In this document: piece after piece, positions 10,196-18,393 of the stretch
How positions within the stretch are numbered: the first letter of the stretch is position 1
Layout of the letters: each line of letters opens with the position of its first letter
Source: a virus
Lineage: Duplodnaviria; Caudoviricetes
DNA length: 54,603 nt
Virus record (IMG/VR): IMGVR_UViG_3300017754_000846
Span: 1-54,603 of that record
Reading direction: 5' to 3' (one strand)
Notes under the pieces: model-generated
What the model saw: only the letters and a program-made list of their open reading frames with translations
What the model was told of the DNA's origin: nothing
The model's database searches: none
Position numbers and translations under genes: made by a program

Positions 10196-10666
10196 ATGGC
10201 AAAGAAATGTATGAGTTGTGGAGGCTCAATGAATAAAATGCAAAAGGGAGGAACAGCTGTTGAAAAAGCTCAAAAAGTTGTTGACCAAAGAAAATTAGAA
10301 AACATACGTAAGTACGCTAAGATGAAACAAGATAAAGGCCTTGTTCCGCCTCCTCCTCCACCGTCTAAAATGTATAAACAAGGAGGATCAGTAAAAATGC
10401 AAAAAGGTGGTACAATGAAAACTACAGTAGGAGGTCCTGCTAAGAAACCATTTGCTGCTGGAATTCCTTATTATACTGGTGCTGGTCAAACAGGTCCTGA
10501 ATCAATGCAAGTTGGGGGTGCTCTAAAAGGAGTTAAAACTTTATATAAAGGTAGTAAAATCTTAAATAAAGCTAAGTCTTTAGTAAATAATAAAATTACT
10601 AAAGGAGCTACAGGTCCAATGACTAAAACGGCTATGCGATTAAGAGCTACTGGTAAAAAGAAATAA
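10196..10666 (+). CDS. Basic protein with N-terminal CxxC and four xxGG motifs
   Basis: 156 aa; MAKKCMSCGG, KMQKGG twice, MYKQGG, SMQVGG, a Pro6 run. Confidence 0.72.
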   Translation: MAKKCMSCGGSMNKMQKGGTAVEKAQKVVDQRKLENIRKYAKMKQDKGLVPPPPPPSKMYKQGGSVKMQKGGTMKTTVGGPAKKPFAAGIPYYTGAGQTGPESMQVGGALKGVKTLYKGSKILNKAKSLVNNKITKGATGPMTKTAMRLRATGKKK

Positions 10667-10669
10667 GAT

Positions 10670-11371
10670 ATGTTAAATAGTGTATTAACAATAAAGATTA
10701 AACAAAGGCTTAATAAGTTAGATAGCCAAGACTATGACAACATTGAATGTTGGCAAGTAGTTGAGGCATTTAACAAAGCTCAAGTTGAGTGGACCAGAAG
10801 ACAACTTCATGGTATCAATCTTGTCAAAGAGGGTGATGAGCAATCAACACGTAGAATTGATGACTTACAAGTATTGTTAACTACAGATGCTTTAACAACT
10901 ACTAAGAAAGATATTTATTCTACTGCAGCATTACCTGTAGACTACTTACAATGGAAAAGACTAGATGTATTTGCAACTAGTTCTTGTTGTCCAGATAAAC
11001 GTAGAATGGTGGTATATTTAGCAGAAGAAGCTAATGTCAATAACTTATTAAGAGATGTAGCTAAGAAACCTAGTTTTGAATGGGGAGAAACTTTTGCTAC
11101 TCTTATTAATAACAATTTAAACATCTATACAGATAATGAATTTGCAGTTGAAAACTCAAACATTATTTACTATAGACAACCTAGAAAAATACAGATCTTA
11201 AATTGTGTAGATCCTTATACTGGTGTAGCATCAACTTCTGATATTACATGTGAGTTTAAAGATGATATCATTGAAGTTATCATTGATGAAGCAGCAAGTA
11301 TTCTTGCAGGAGATATAGAATCAGGAAATCAGTTCTCAAGAGGTACAGAAACCGCAGAACGCAATAACTAA
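10670..11371 (+). CDS. Tail ring/adaptor protein (crAss-like)
   Basis: 233 aa; FNKAQVEW and YYRQPRKI...CEF...IIDEAA pattern resembles crAss-like ring proteins; synteny. Confidence 0.65.
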   Translation: MLNSVLTIKIKQRLNKLDSQDYDNIECWQVVEAFNKAQVEWTRRQLHGINLVKEGDEQSTRRIDDLQVLLTTDALTTTKKDIYSTAALPVDYLQWKRLDVFATSSCCPDKRRMVVYLAEEANVNNLLRDVAKKPSFEWGETFATLINNNLNIYTDNEFAVENSNIIYYRQPRKIQILNCVDPYTGVASTSDITCEFKDDIIEVIIDEAASILAGDIESGNQFSRGTETAERNN

Positions 11372-11376
11372 TAAAA

Positions 11377-11826
11377 ATGGACAAACCTAAATTATTAAAA
11401 AGAAGTGCTGAAGCTACAGCAAGTTATTCTGCACCGGCAGGAGGTAATTGTGATTCAATGACTTCAGCTTGTGTAAGTGAGTTAATGAATGCTGCAACTA
11501 GCTTTCATAAGTTACACTTAAAAGTAAATGGTGCGGGATCATATGCTGCACATAAAGCTCTTAATGAATTATATGATGCATTACCAGGACATGCTGATGA
11601 TTTAGCTGAAGGATATCAAGGGGCCTCAGAAAAACTATTAAGTTATACTGAAGTAGCACCTAGATCATTAGGAACAGTTGCAGATGGTCTAGCTTACATA
11701 CGTGAGATGTATCAAATGGTAAACGGATTACAGGCTAAGATGCCTTACTCAGAGATAGTAAATGATCTAGATACTGTAAAAAGTACATTAAATTCAATCA
11801 AGTATAAACTATTATTCTTGAAATAA
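11377..11826 (+). CDS. Dps/ferritin-like protein (DUF5856-like)
   Basis: HKLHLKVNGAGSYAAHKALNELYDALPGHADDLAEGYQG matches the Dps ferroxidase-type H..H...H..L...Y......D..AE pattern; C-terminal KYKLLFLK. Confidence 0.75.
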   Translation: MDKPKLLKRSAEATASYSAPAGGNCDSMTSACVSELMNAATSFHKLHLKVNGAGSYAAHKALNELYDALPGHADDLAEGYQGASEKLLSYTEVAPRSLGTVADGLAYIREMYQMVNGLQAKMPYSEIVNDLDTVKSTLNSIKYKLLFLK

Positions 11827-11844
11827 TTTTGAAATACTAAAATA

Positions 11845-11858
11845 TTTCACTATATTAA
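11845..11858 (+). promoter_or_regulatory. TTTCACTATATT promoter-like motif
   Basis: Recurrent intergenic T-rich + TATATT motif upstream of structural genes. Confidence 0.45.
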
Positions 11859-11888
11859 ATATATATTTATTAATTAAAACTAAAAACT

Positions 11889-13418
11889 ATGAGTTATTTT
11901 AATCATGCGTTCCAGAAGACCTTTGTTGGTACTAATGGATTCACAGGTTTAAATGAAGGTAAGTTAGGTACACCAGGAAACATCTTGGATGGTGGTTACT
12001 TTGCCTTTGTTGATGCAAAGACTTGGAACGTTTATGCTACAGATGCAACACCAGGATGTTGTAATCTTGTATTAGCTGCAGGTTCAATTTATTCAAAAGA
12101 TAAAATTGGTCCATTCCACGGAGGTTATTTAGAGTCTAACAAGTCTAAAGAAATTAACCCACGTTATGTAAACCGTTTTTACCGTGTAGATCCATGTGGT
12201 CCATCAGCTAACGTTATCAATATTGGTAAAACTCCTTATACTTCAGATGCTGCGTTGTCTTTGGCAATCACAAATGATGGTGCAGATATTGAAGATGGTG
12301 TATACACTGATATTCCATTAGTAGATACAACTGCTCCAACAGGATCAGGATTAGTTGCTACAATTACTGTAGTAAACAATGCAGTTGAATTTGTACAAAT
12401 TACTAACGGTGGTACTGGATGGAACACTGGTGATGTAGTTACAACATCAGCAGAATTACTTCCTTCTATTCCAGGTGAAACAGCTGTACAACCTACATTT
12501 ACTGTTACTGCAGGTGTTGGTGCTAATTGTTGCAAAGAGTTCTTATGTGGTGAAACTTACAACTTACGTTTAGATGTTAAAGGTTCTCCTGCATTACGTT
12601 TCTTAAATCACAATGCATACTTAACAGTTACTGCTTACACAGGATGTTGTCCTGATGGAGCTATTGCACCAGTTGCAGTTGACTCTACAGAAGTTATGAT
12701 TAAATGGGCTCAACAAATTGTTGATTCTCCATTGATCAAACCATTCATTATGCCAGTAGTTATTGATGAAGCAGGTGTTGCTTGGTATGCTCCAGGAACT
12801 GATGCTGGTTTCTTAGCTAACTACGGTGTTGATACTTGGGATCACTATGTATCTCCAGGACACGTTGACGGAGAATGCGCAGGTTTAATTTTAAACGGTG
12901 CTTATGTAGATACTAAATTTGGAGATTGTACTTTCCAAGTTTCTGACTTCTATGAAAAAGAGCCAGTACGTTTATATGCATCTGAAACTGATTTAAATGG
13001 AGATCCATGTACATTTGATGGCATCTGTGTTATTACTGAGTGTCAAGGACGTCAAGCAATGGGTCTTGGAGAATCTGTAGCACGTGATGTAATTTTGTCA
13101 GAATCTTACAGACAAAACTTCTTTGCTACTGATCTACGTATCCGTGAGATTACTCAAGGTACTTCAGTATGGAACTACATTGACCGTCAAAGTTTGTATA
13201 CAAGATATTACTTACAACACAATGTACCACGTTTCAATAATCCTTCATCTACATTTGATAATGATCAATACTTGTTAGAAATCATTACTGAAGAACAAGA
13301 TGTTGCTTTTGAAGCTTTTGTAGAAGGATGGTTAGAGAATTGTTCTCAATGTTCAGGATTAGAAGTTGTAGGATGTGAAACATCTTGCTCACCAATTGTA
13401 CCTTATCCAGTAGCATAA
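11889..13418 (+). CDS. Abundant structural protein; putative auxiliary capsid/decoration protein
   Basis: 509 aa with high-expression codon bias like MCP, its own promoter motif and terminator, and a position matching crAss-like auxiliary capsid genes. Contains a GSGLVATITV...ITNGGTGW beta-insert. Confidence 0.55.
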   Translation: MSYFNHAFQKTFVGTNGFTGLNEGKLGTPGNILDGGYFAFVDAKTWNVYATDATPGCCNLVLAAGSIYSKDKIGPFHGGYLESNKSKEINPRYVNRFYRVDPCGPSANVINIGKTPYTSDAALSLAITNDGADIEDGVYTDIPLVDTTAPTGSGLVATITVVNNAVEFVQITNGGTGWNTGDVVTTSAELLPSIPGETAVQPTFTVTAGVGANCCKEFLCGETYNLRLDVKGSPALRFLNHNAYLTVTAYTGCCPDGAIAPVAVDSTEVMIKWAQQIVDSPLIKPFIMPVVIDEAGVAWYAPGTDAGFLANYGVDTWDHYVSPGHVDGECAGLILNGAYVDTKFGDCTFQVSDFYEKEPVRLYASETDLNGDPCTFDGICVITECQGRQAMGLGESVARDVILSESYRQNFFATDLRIREITQGTSVWNYIDRQSLYTRYYLQHNVPRFNNPSSTFDNDQYLLEIITEEQDVAFEAFVEGWLENCSQCSGLEVVGCETSCSPIVPYPVA

Positions 13419-13438
13419 CCCTAATTAATTATCATACT

Positions 13439-13473
13439 AAAAGGAGAGGAGTTTAACTCTTCTCCTTTTTTTT
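13439..13473 (+). terminator. Rho-independent terminator
   Basis: AAGGAGAGGAGT-tta-ACTCTTCTCCTT hairpin followed by a long T tract. Confidence 0.85.
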
Positions 13474-13484
13474 ATATTAAAGCT

Positions 13485-14027
13485 ATGGCAAATCACGTAT
13501 TAAGTTTAGAAGTACCTACAGTAATGAATTCTTGTATATTAAGAATTGTAGATACTAGTGTCTATTCAAATCTTGTACCTTTAACATGTGCTACATTAAA
13601 TGTTACTGTACCGGGATTTGCATACTCAAATCAAATAGATGTCACTGCAGGGTTTACAGAGACCTTAACTGCATGTGATTTAAATTTACAAACTGTGGAC
13701 TGTGGTACAAAGTATGTTGATATTCCTGATGGAGTATATATCATTAAGTACAGTGTATCACCAAATGATGTTGTATATGTAGAATACAATCATTTAAGAA
13801 TTACAAAAGCATTAAAGATTTACAATGATCTTTTATGTAACTTAGATATTGCAGCATGTGATCCTCCAGCTACTATTAAGAAAAAACTTAATGAGTTGAA
13901 TATGATCCGTATGTATTTAGAAGCTGCTAAAGCTAAAGTAGAGACATGTTTAGAACCAGATAAGGGAATGACACTCTATAATTATGCACTTAAGTTACAT
14001 AAGAAACTAGATTGTAAAAGTTGTTAA
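13485..14027 (+). CDS. Putative tail hub/fibre-docking protein
   Basis: 180 aa; DTSVY and IPDGVYIIKYSV beta domain plus a C-terminal helical part ending CKSC, resembling crAss-like tail hub proteins. Confidence 0.5.
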   Translation: MANHVLSLEVPTVMNSCILRIVDTSVYSNLVPLTCATLNVTVPGFAYSNQIDVTAGFTETLTACDLNLQTVDCGTKYVDIPDGVYIIKYSVSPNDVVYVEYNHLRITKALKIYNDLLCNLDIAACDPPATIKKKLNELNMIRMYLEAAKAKVETCLEPDKGMTLYNYALKLHKKLDCKSC

Positions 14028-14048
14028 CCATTTCAAAACCAATAGATT

Positions 14049-14237
14049 ATGGCAAATTGTTTAAATTGTAAAAAAGCATTATCATGTGGATGTCAGAAAA
14101 GAACAGCATCAGATGGTAAGTCAGTATGTTCAACATGTCTTCAAGGATATGAAGCTAGATTGAAACAAACACCAAAACCAGCAGCAACTACACCTACACA
14201 GGTATGGGGACCAAATAGATATAAAAAACAAATATAA
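14049..14237 (+). CDS. Small Cys-rich (Zn-binding-like) protein
   Basis: 62 aa with CxxC-x5-CxC-x11-CxxC. Confidence 0.7.
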   Translation: MANCLNCKKALSCGCQKRTASDGKSVCSTCLQGYEARLKQTPKPAATTPTQVWGPNRYKKQI

Positions 14238-14242
14238 GTACC

Positions 14243-15982
14243 ATGGCATGTTTATGTACTAGAGCAACCAATTTACAAGGAGCTGCACATGTCACAGGAT
14301 ATAGATATATAGACTGTGATGGACAACTTCAATATTATACACCTTTAGCTCCAGGTGAAACTGGTCCTAAGATTTGTGTAACTACTTGGATTCCTGTAGG
14401 TTTACCTGCTGGTACATTTGAATATTTTGGTGATTGTGTTAATGGAGAATGCCCTACTACAACACCTTACACATTCTACTCATGTCGTGAAGATATACCT
14501 CCTTTTTGTGTTGAATTAACAGAAGCTATAATAACTAAAGCTGAACAATTACAAACTAATTGTTTTAAGATTAGTTCAGAACTTATCAATGGTGTATTTA
14601 CTGGATTTCCTAGTTATGAAGGATGTGCAGAACCAATTAAAGTTACTGTAGAACCAATAAATAGTGTAGAGTGTGAAAACGCATGTCCTGTACAGTGTTA
14701 TTCTATTAGTGGAGGAACAATTACATACGTAGATAGTTTTGGAGACCTTACTACTCAAGTAGGTCCTGCAGAGATTTGCTCTAAGACTTACCCTTATGTT
14801 GAAAGCGTTGATCCAGTAACTATTGAACTGAATGGTTTCTGTGTAGATGAAGTATGTACACCTTATTGTTTTTTACTTAGAGACTGCCAAGGAATAGAAG
14901 ACCCAATTACAAGTACCTCACAAGAATTAGTATACTACTATTTATCTGGTGAAGTTATTAAGATTAATGGTTATGATACTTGTTGGACAGTAGGTCTTAG
15001 TGATGATTGTAGCTGTGCTATTGATATAACTATTACTCAGTTCTATGCAGACTGTAAAACATGTGTTACACCTGTAGCTTATAAAGTAACAGATTGTAGT
15101 AATGCAGCAATAGTAAAATACACAACAGATGACTTATCTGCTTATGTGGGTAAAGTTGTAGAATTAGATTGTGGAGGATGTTGGACAGTTGAATTGATCA
15201 ATATAGTTCCGCCATCTGATGTAACTATAACTGTATTATTTTCATATGATACATGTGATGCATGTAGTCAAGAATACTGGAGACTTGTAGATTGTAATGA
15301 AACTGAAGCAGATATAATTACTATTACAGATCTTTCTGTATATGAAGGTAAAGTAGTTACATTGACATGGTGTCCTAAAATATGCTGGACAGTAGAAAGT
15401 ACACGTGAAGCAACAGATGCTACTATAGTATTTGTAGATGTAGAGTATCAAGAATGTATAGAGTGTATTGCAGCAGTTAATCCTTGTCTATGTTCTACTG
15501 TAACTAACTTAGGTTCTTCTCCAGCAACATTTAGATATTATGATTGTGAAGGTAAGTCTGAAACAACTCCTTTATTACAACCTGGAGATATTTCACAAAA
15601 AGTATGTACAAGATCCTGGGTAAATGTAGATGAAAGTTACATTCTTTATTATGGAGAATGTTTATCACCTGAACCAAGAATATATGAATGTCCTGCAGTT
15701 CCTTTACCAAAAAGAAGTGTAACACCAGGATATAATACACCGGCATGTACAACAGAATACTTTGATAAAGTTTCTTGTGCATATGCTGAAGTAATGTATT
15801 CTATTGCTTTAGAACAAAGATATGGTATAACATCTTGTTGTGCTGAAGACTTAGAAAAATGGGAAATTAAATATGAGTTACTTATGATGGCAGCAATGCT
15901 GGATCCAGATTATGTATGTACACCTAGTAGCACATGCTGTGAACCAGGTTTACCTAAATCTACTGGAACTTGTAATTCTTAA
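14243..15982 (+). CDS. Cys-rich repeat structural protein (putative tail hub/fibre component)
   Basis: 579 aa with about 47 Cys; internal repeats (see findings); lies in the tail module. Confidence 0.6.
   Translation: MACLCTRATNLQGAAHVTGYRYIDCDGQLQYYTPLAPGETGPKICVTTWIPVGLPAGTFEYFGDCVNGECPTTTPYTFYSCREDIPPFCVELTEAIITKAEQLQTNCFKISSELINGVFTGFPSYEGCAEPIKVTVEPINSVECENACPVQCYSISGGTITYVDSFGDLTTQVGPAEICSKTYPYVESVDPVTIELNGFCVDEVCTPYCFLLRDCQGIEDPITSTSQELVYYYLSGEVIKINGYDTCWTVGLSDDCSCAIDITITQFYADCKTCVTPVAYKVTDCSNAAIVKYTTDDLSAYVGKVVELDCGGCWTVELINIVPPSDVTITVLFSYDTCDACSQEYWRLVDCNETEADIITITDLSVYEGKVVTLTWCPKICWTVESTREATDATIVFVDVEYQECIECIAAVNPCLCSTVTNLGSSPATFRYYDCEGKSETTPLLQPGDISQKVCTRSWVNVDESYILYYGECLSPEPRIYECPAVPLPKRSVTPGYNTPACTTEYFDKVSCAYAEVMYSIALEQRYGITSCCAEDLEKWEIKYELLMMAAMLDPDYVCTPSSTCCEPGLPKSTGTCNS
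14867..15466 (+). repeat. Three tandem ~63-66-aa repeats [YF]x[LV]xDC...CWTV...YxxCxxC
   Basis: LRDC..CWTV..YADCKTC; VTDC..CWTV..YDTCDAC; LVDC..CWTV..YQECIEC. Confidence 0.85.
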
Positions 15983-15986
15983 TTAA

Positions 15987-15998
15987 TTTTAGTATATT
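15987..15998 (+). promoter_or_regulatory. TTTTAGTATATT promoter-like motif
   Basis: Identical 12-mer at 19215-19226; intergenic. Confidence 0.55.
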
Positions 15999-16016
15999 AT
16001 TAATATATATAAAAGT

Positions 16017-17645
16017 ATGAAACCTGTAAATTTAAATACAGCTCCTTGTGCACCAATATCATCTAATTGTGTGATATGGCAAGGTCCTAATGTTCCTTGT
16101 ATTAATCTATGTAATGGTGATACAGTATCTGATGTAGTTTTTGCATTAGCTACTGAGCTATGTACAATCTTAGATACTCTGGATGTAGCAAACTATGATT
16201 TGACATGTTTCAATCTTACAGCTTGTGCACCAAGTAATTTTCATGATTTAATACAATTCTTAATTGCACAGATTTGTGCAGCTAATGGAATCACTGTAGC
16301 TCCAGATAAGACAACAGGATGTCCAGATTGTTTAGTATCAGTTGCACCTTGTTTTGTAGAAGGTGGTGTAACTACTATGAACTTAACAGACTATGTAAAT
16401 GCTATTGCTAATAAGATCTGTAATATTATTGATGAGATTGCTGTAATAAATAATGCTCTTAATGTATTAGATATCAGAGTAACTGCTTTAGAAAATGAAC
16501 CGGATCCTGTATTTGAGATTCCTTCTTTTATAGTAGAGTGTGATATTGATACATTAAATGAAGGAGATACTTATCAGATTGATGTAATCTTAGAGGCTTT
16601 CATTAATAATGTATGGTGTTCTTTTTATTCTGCTACAGGTACAGCATCTGAAATACTAGCAGTATTAGAACCAAACTGTACATTAAGTACAGATATTACT
16701 ACAGATCCAAACTGGATTGCAAGTCCACAGAATTTAGCTGATGCTATTAATAATATCTGGGTGGCTTTATGTAATCAAGTAAGTACAACAGTTGCTGTAG
16801 AAAATACATCTTCAGTTGAAATGTTTATTACTGCAGGACCTGATTATACAATCAGTGCTAAAGTAATTGATACTGGTTGGATAGACTTATTAGGTTTTGG
16901 ATATTATAATACATCTTATACAGGTACTGCTTCTTTTAAACCACAATGTAGACGTATTGGAAATGTAGTGCATTTTAGAGGTTATCTTGTAGTACCATTA
17001 GCTACATCAAGTGTAGATGGAACACCTATAACTTATTCATATCAGTCTTCAGGAGGATCTATAGACTCATATTTTTTAGTTGATCATCCATTTACAGCAG
17101 ATTCTGGAGCTGGTTCTTGTCAAGTTAACTCTTCAGGATTTATTAATTTTAATCAAGGTTCAAGTGTAATTCCTCCAGGAATATTATCTGTAGGTGAAAC
17201 ACTAGATCAAACATACGGATTTGGTTATAGAATAGCTTATAGACCAATTTCGGCAGGAAGTGCTAGTACTATGTTGACTACTTTAGGTAGTGTTGCAATT
17301 CTTTCTACAGGTATTTTACAATGGGGTACAACTACAAATTCTGAAGAAAGTATTATACTAGGTGGAACTGCAGCATTTAATACATCTCCTATAAATTACA
17401 TTCAATCAATTGTAACAGAAGGAGAGTTTGTTCCAAAGTTTTCTGCAGTTGGAAGTACATTTGATTCATCTGCTGCACCAGGAGTTGTTAATACAGCCCT
17501 TGATTATCAAGAAACTTTAGTTTATCCATTTAGTGCAAATTCTACTCTTCCTGAAGAAATAGGTGGTCACGGAATGAGACTTGATGGTTTAACAGCATTT
17601 ATTAATCCATGTACAACATCAACTATTGTTGGTACACCATGTTAA
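16017..17645 (+). CDS. Tail fibre / receptor-binding protein
   Basis: Cys-rich N-terminal adaptor, heptad coiled coil (IIDEIAVINNALNVLDIRVTALE), then the DTGW...RRIGNVVHFRG motif typical of phage fibre tip domains and a Ser/Thr/Gly-rich beta C-terminus. Confidence 0.68.
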   Translation: MKPVNLNTAPCAPISSNCVIWQGPNVPCINLCNGDTVSDVVFALATELCTILDTLDVANYDLTCFNLTACAPSNFHDLIQFLIAQICAANGITVAPDKTTGCPDCLVSVAPCFVEGGVTTMNLTDYVNAIANKICNIIDEIAVINNALNVLDIRVTALENEPDPVFEIPSFIVECDIDTLNEGDTYQIDVILEAFINNVWCSFYSATGTASEILAVLEPNCTLSTDITTDPNWIASPQNLADAINNIWVALCNQVSTTVAVENTSSVEMFITAGPDYTISAKVIDTGWIDLLGFGYYNTSYTGTASFKPQCRRIGNVVHFRGYLVVPLATSSVDGTPITYSYQSSGGSIDSYFLVDHPFTADSGAGSCQVNSSGFINFNQGSSVIPPGILSVGETLDQTYGFGYRIAYRPISAGSASTMLTTLGSVAILSTGILQWGTTTNSEESIILGGTAAFNTSPINYIQSIVTEGEFVPKFSAVGSTFDSSAAPGVVNTALDYQETLVYPFSANSTLPEEIGGHGMRLDGLTAFINPCTTSTIVGTPC

Positions 17646-17657
17646 AAATAAAAAATT

Positions 17658-18308
17658 ATGAGTTGTTCAACTTGCAAAAATAAAAACTGTAATAACAGTT
17701 CATTATGTGGATGTAAAGATACTTATCTTACATCACCATTACCATGTCCTACACCAGCACCATGTCCTGCTGCTCAACCTTGTGGAGAAACATTTGATTC
17801 ACAATGTATCATATATACTGCAGCAAACTATGCATGTGGTTTAGATGATGTTGTTATGCAAGGAGATAGTGTTGAAACATCTCTACAAAAAATTGTAGAT
17901 TACTTTTGTACAAGATTAACTGAGATACCGGTATATACAGTAGAAGCTGGAAACAACATTGATGTTACTGAAACAACTGTAGGTATTACAACAACATATA
18001 CTGTATCTTATACAGGTGCTGTAAAATTTGTAAAAGAGTTTACATCAGCTCTAGATGGTTCATCTGTAACTATCTTAGGAACTGAATTAGCAGCATGTGG
18101 TATACCTAATACTTCATGTAATAATGAAACAAATAGAGGAGATTATACATACAATGTATCTTATTTAGATGGAGGTACCTGGTATAATATTACTAATGTA
18201 CCTACAGTAGAAATTAGTGTAGTAGACGCTACTGGAGATACAACAATCATTTTAGCGGCTCCTTCATCAGGAGACCCATTAAGAGTAAGAATAACAATTA
18301 TAGGATAA
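17658..18308 (+). CDS. Short fibre/spike-like structural protein
   Basis: 216 aa; Cys/Pro-rich N-terminus paralogous to that of 16017..17645; VEAGNNIDVT...TYTVS fibre-shaft motif; beta C-terminus. Confidence 0.55.
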   Translation: MSCSTCKNKNCNNSSLCGCKDTYLTSPLPCPTPAPCPAAQPCGETFDSQCIIYTAANYACGLDDVVMQGDSVETSLQKIVDYFCTRLTEIPVYTVEAGNNIDVTETTVGITTTYTVSYTGAVKFVKEFTSALDGSSVTILGTELAACGIPNTSCNNETNRGDYTYNVSYLDGGTWYNITNVPTVEISVVDATGDTTIILAAPSSGDPLRVRITIIG

Positions 18309-18341
18309 TGTCGCAGTTTGTTGGTTTCTGTGGCTAACAAC

Positions 18342-18377
18342 AAGACCCCGGTTTACAGCAGTATTCCGGGGTTTATT
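18342..18377 (+). terminator. GC-rich hairpin/terminator
   Basis: GACCCCGG...CCGGGGTT stem followed by TTATT. Confidence 0.65.
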
Positions 18378-18393
18378 ATTTAAACTATTAGAT

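Noticed and set aside
10345-10363. CCT microsatellite / Pro6 run
   Set aside because: A short in-frame linker with mixed codons; no evidence of phase variation.
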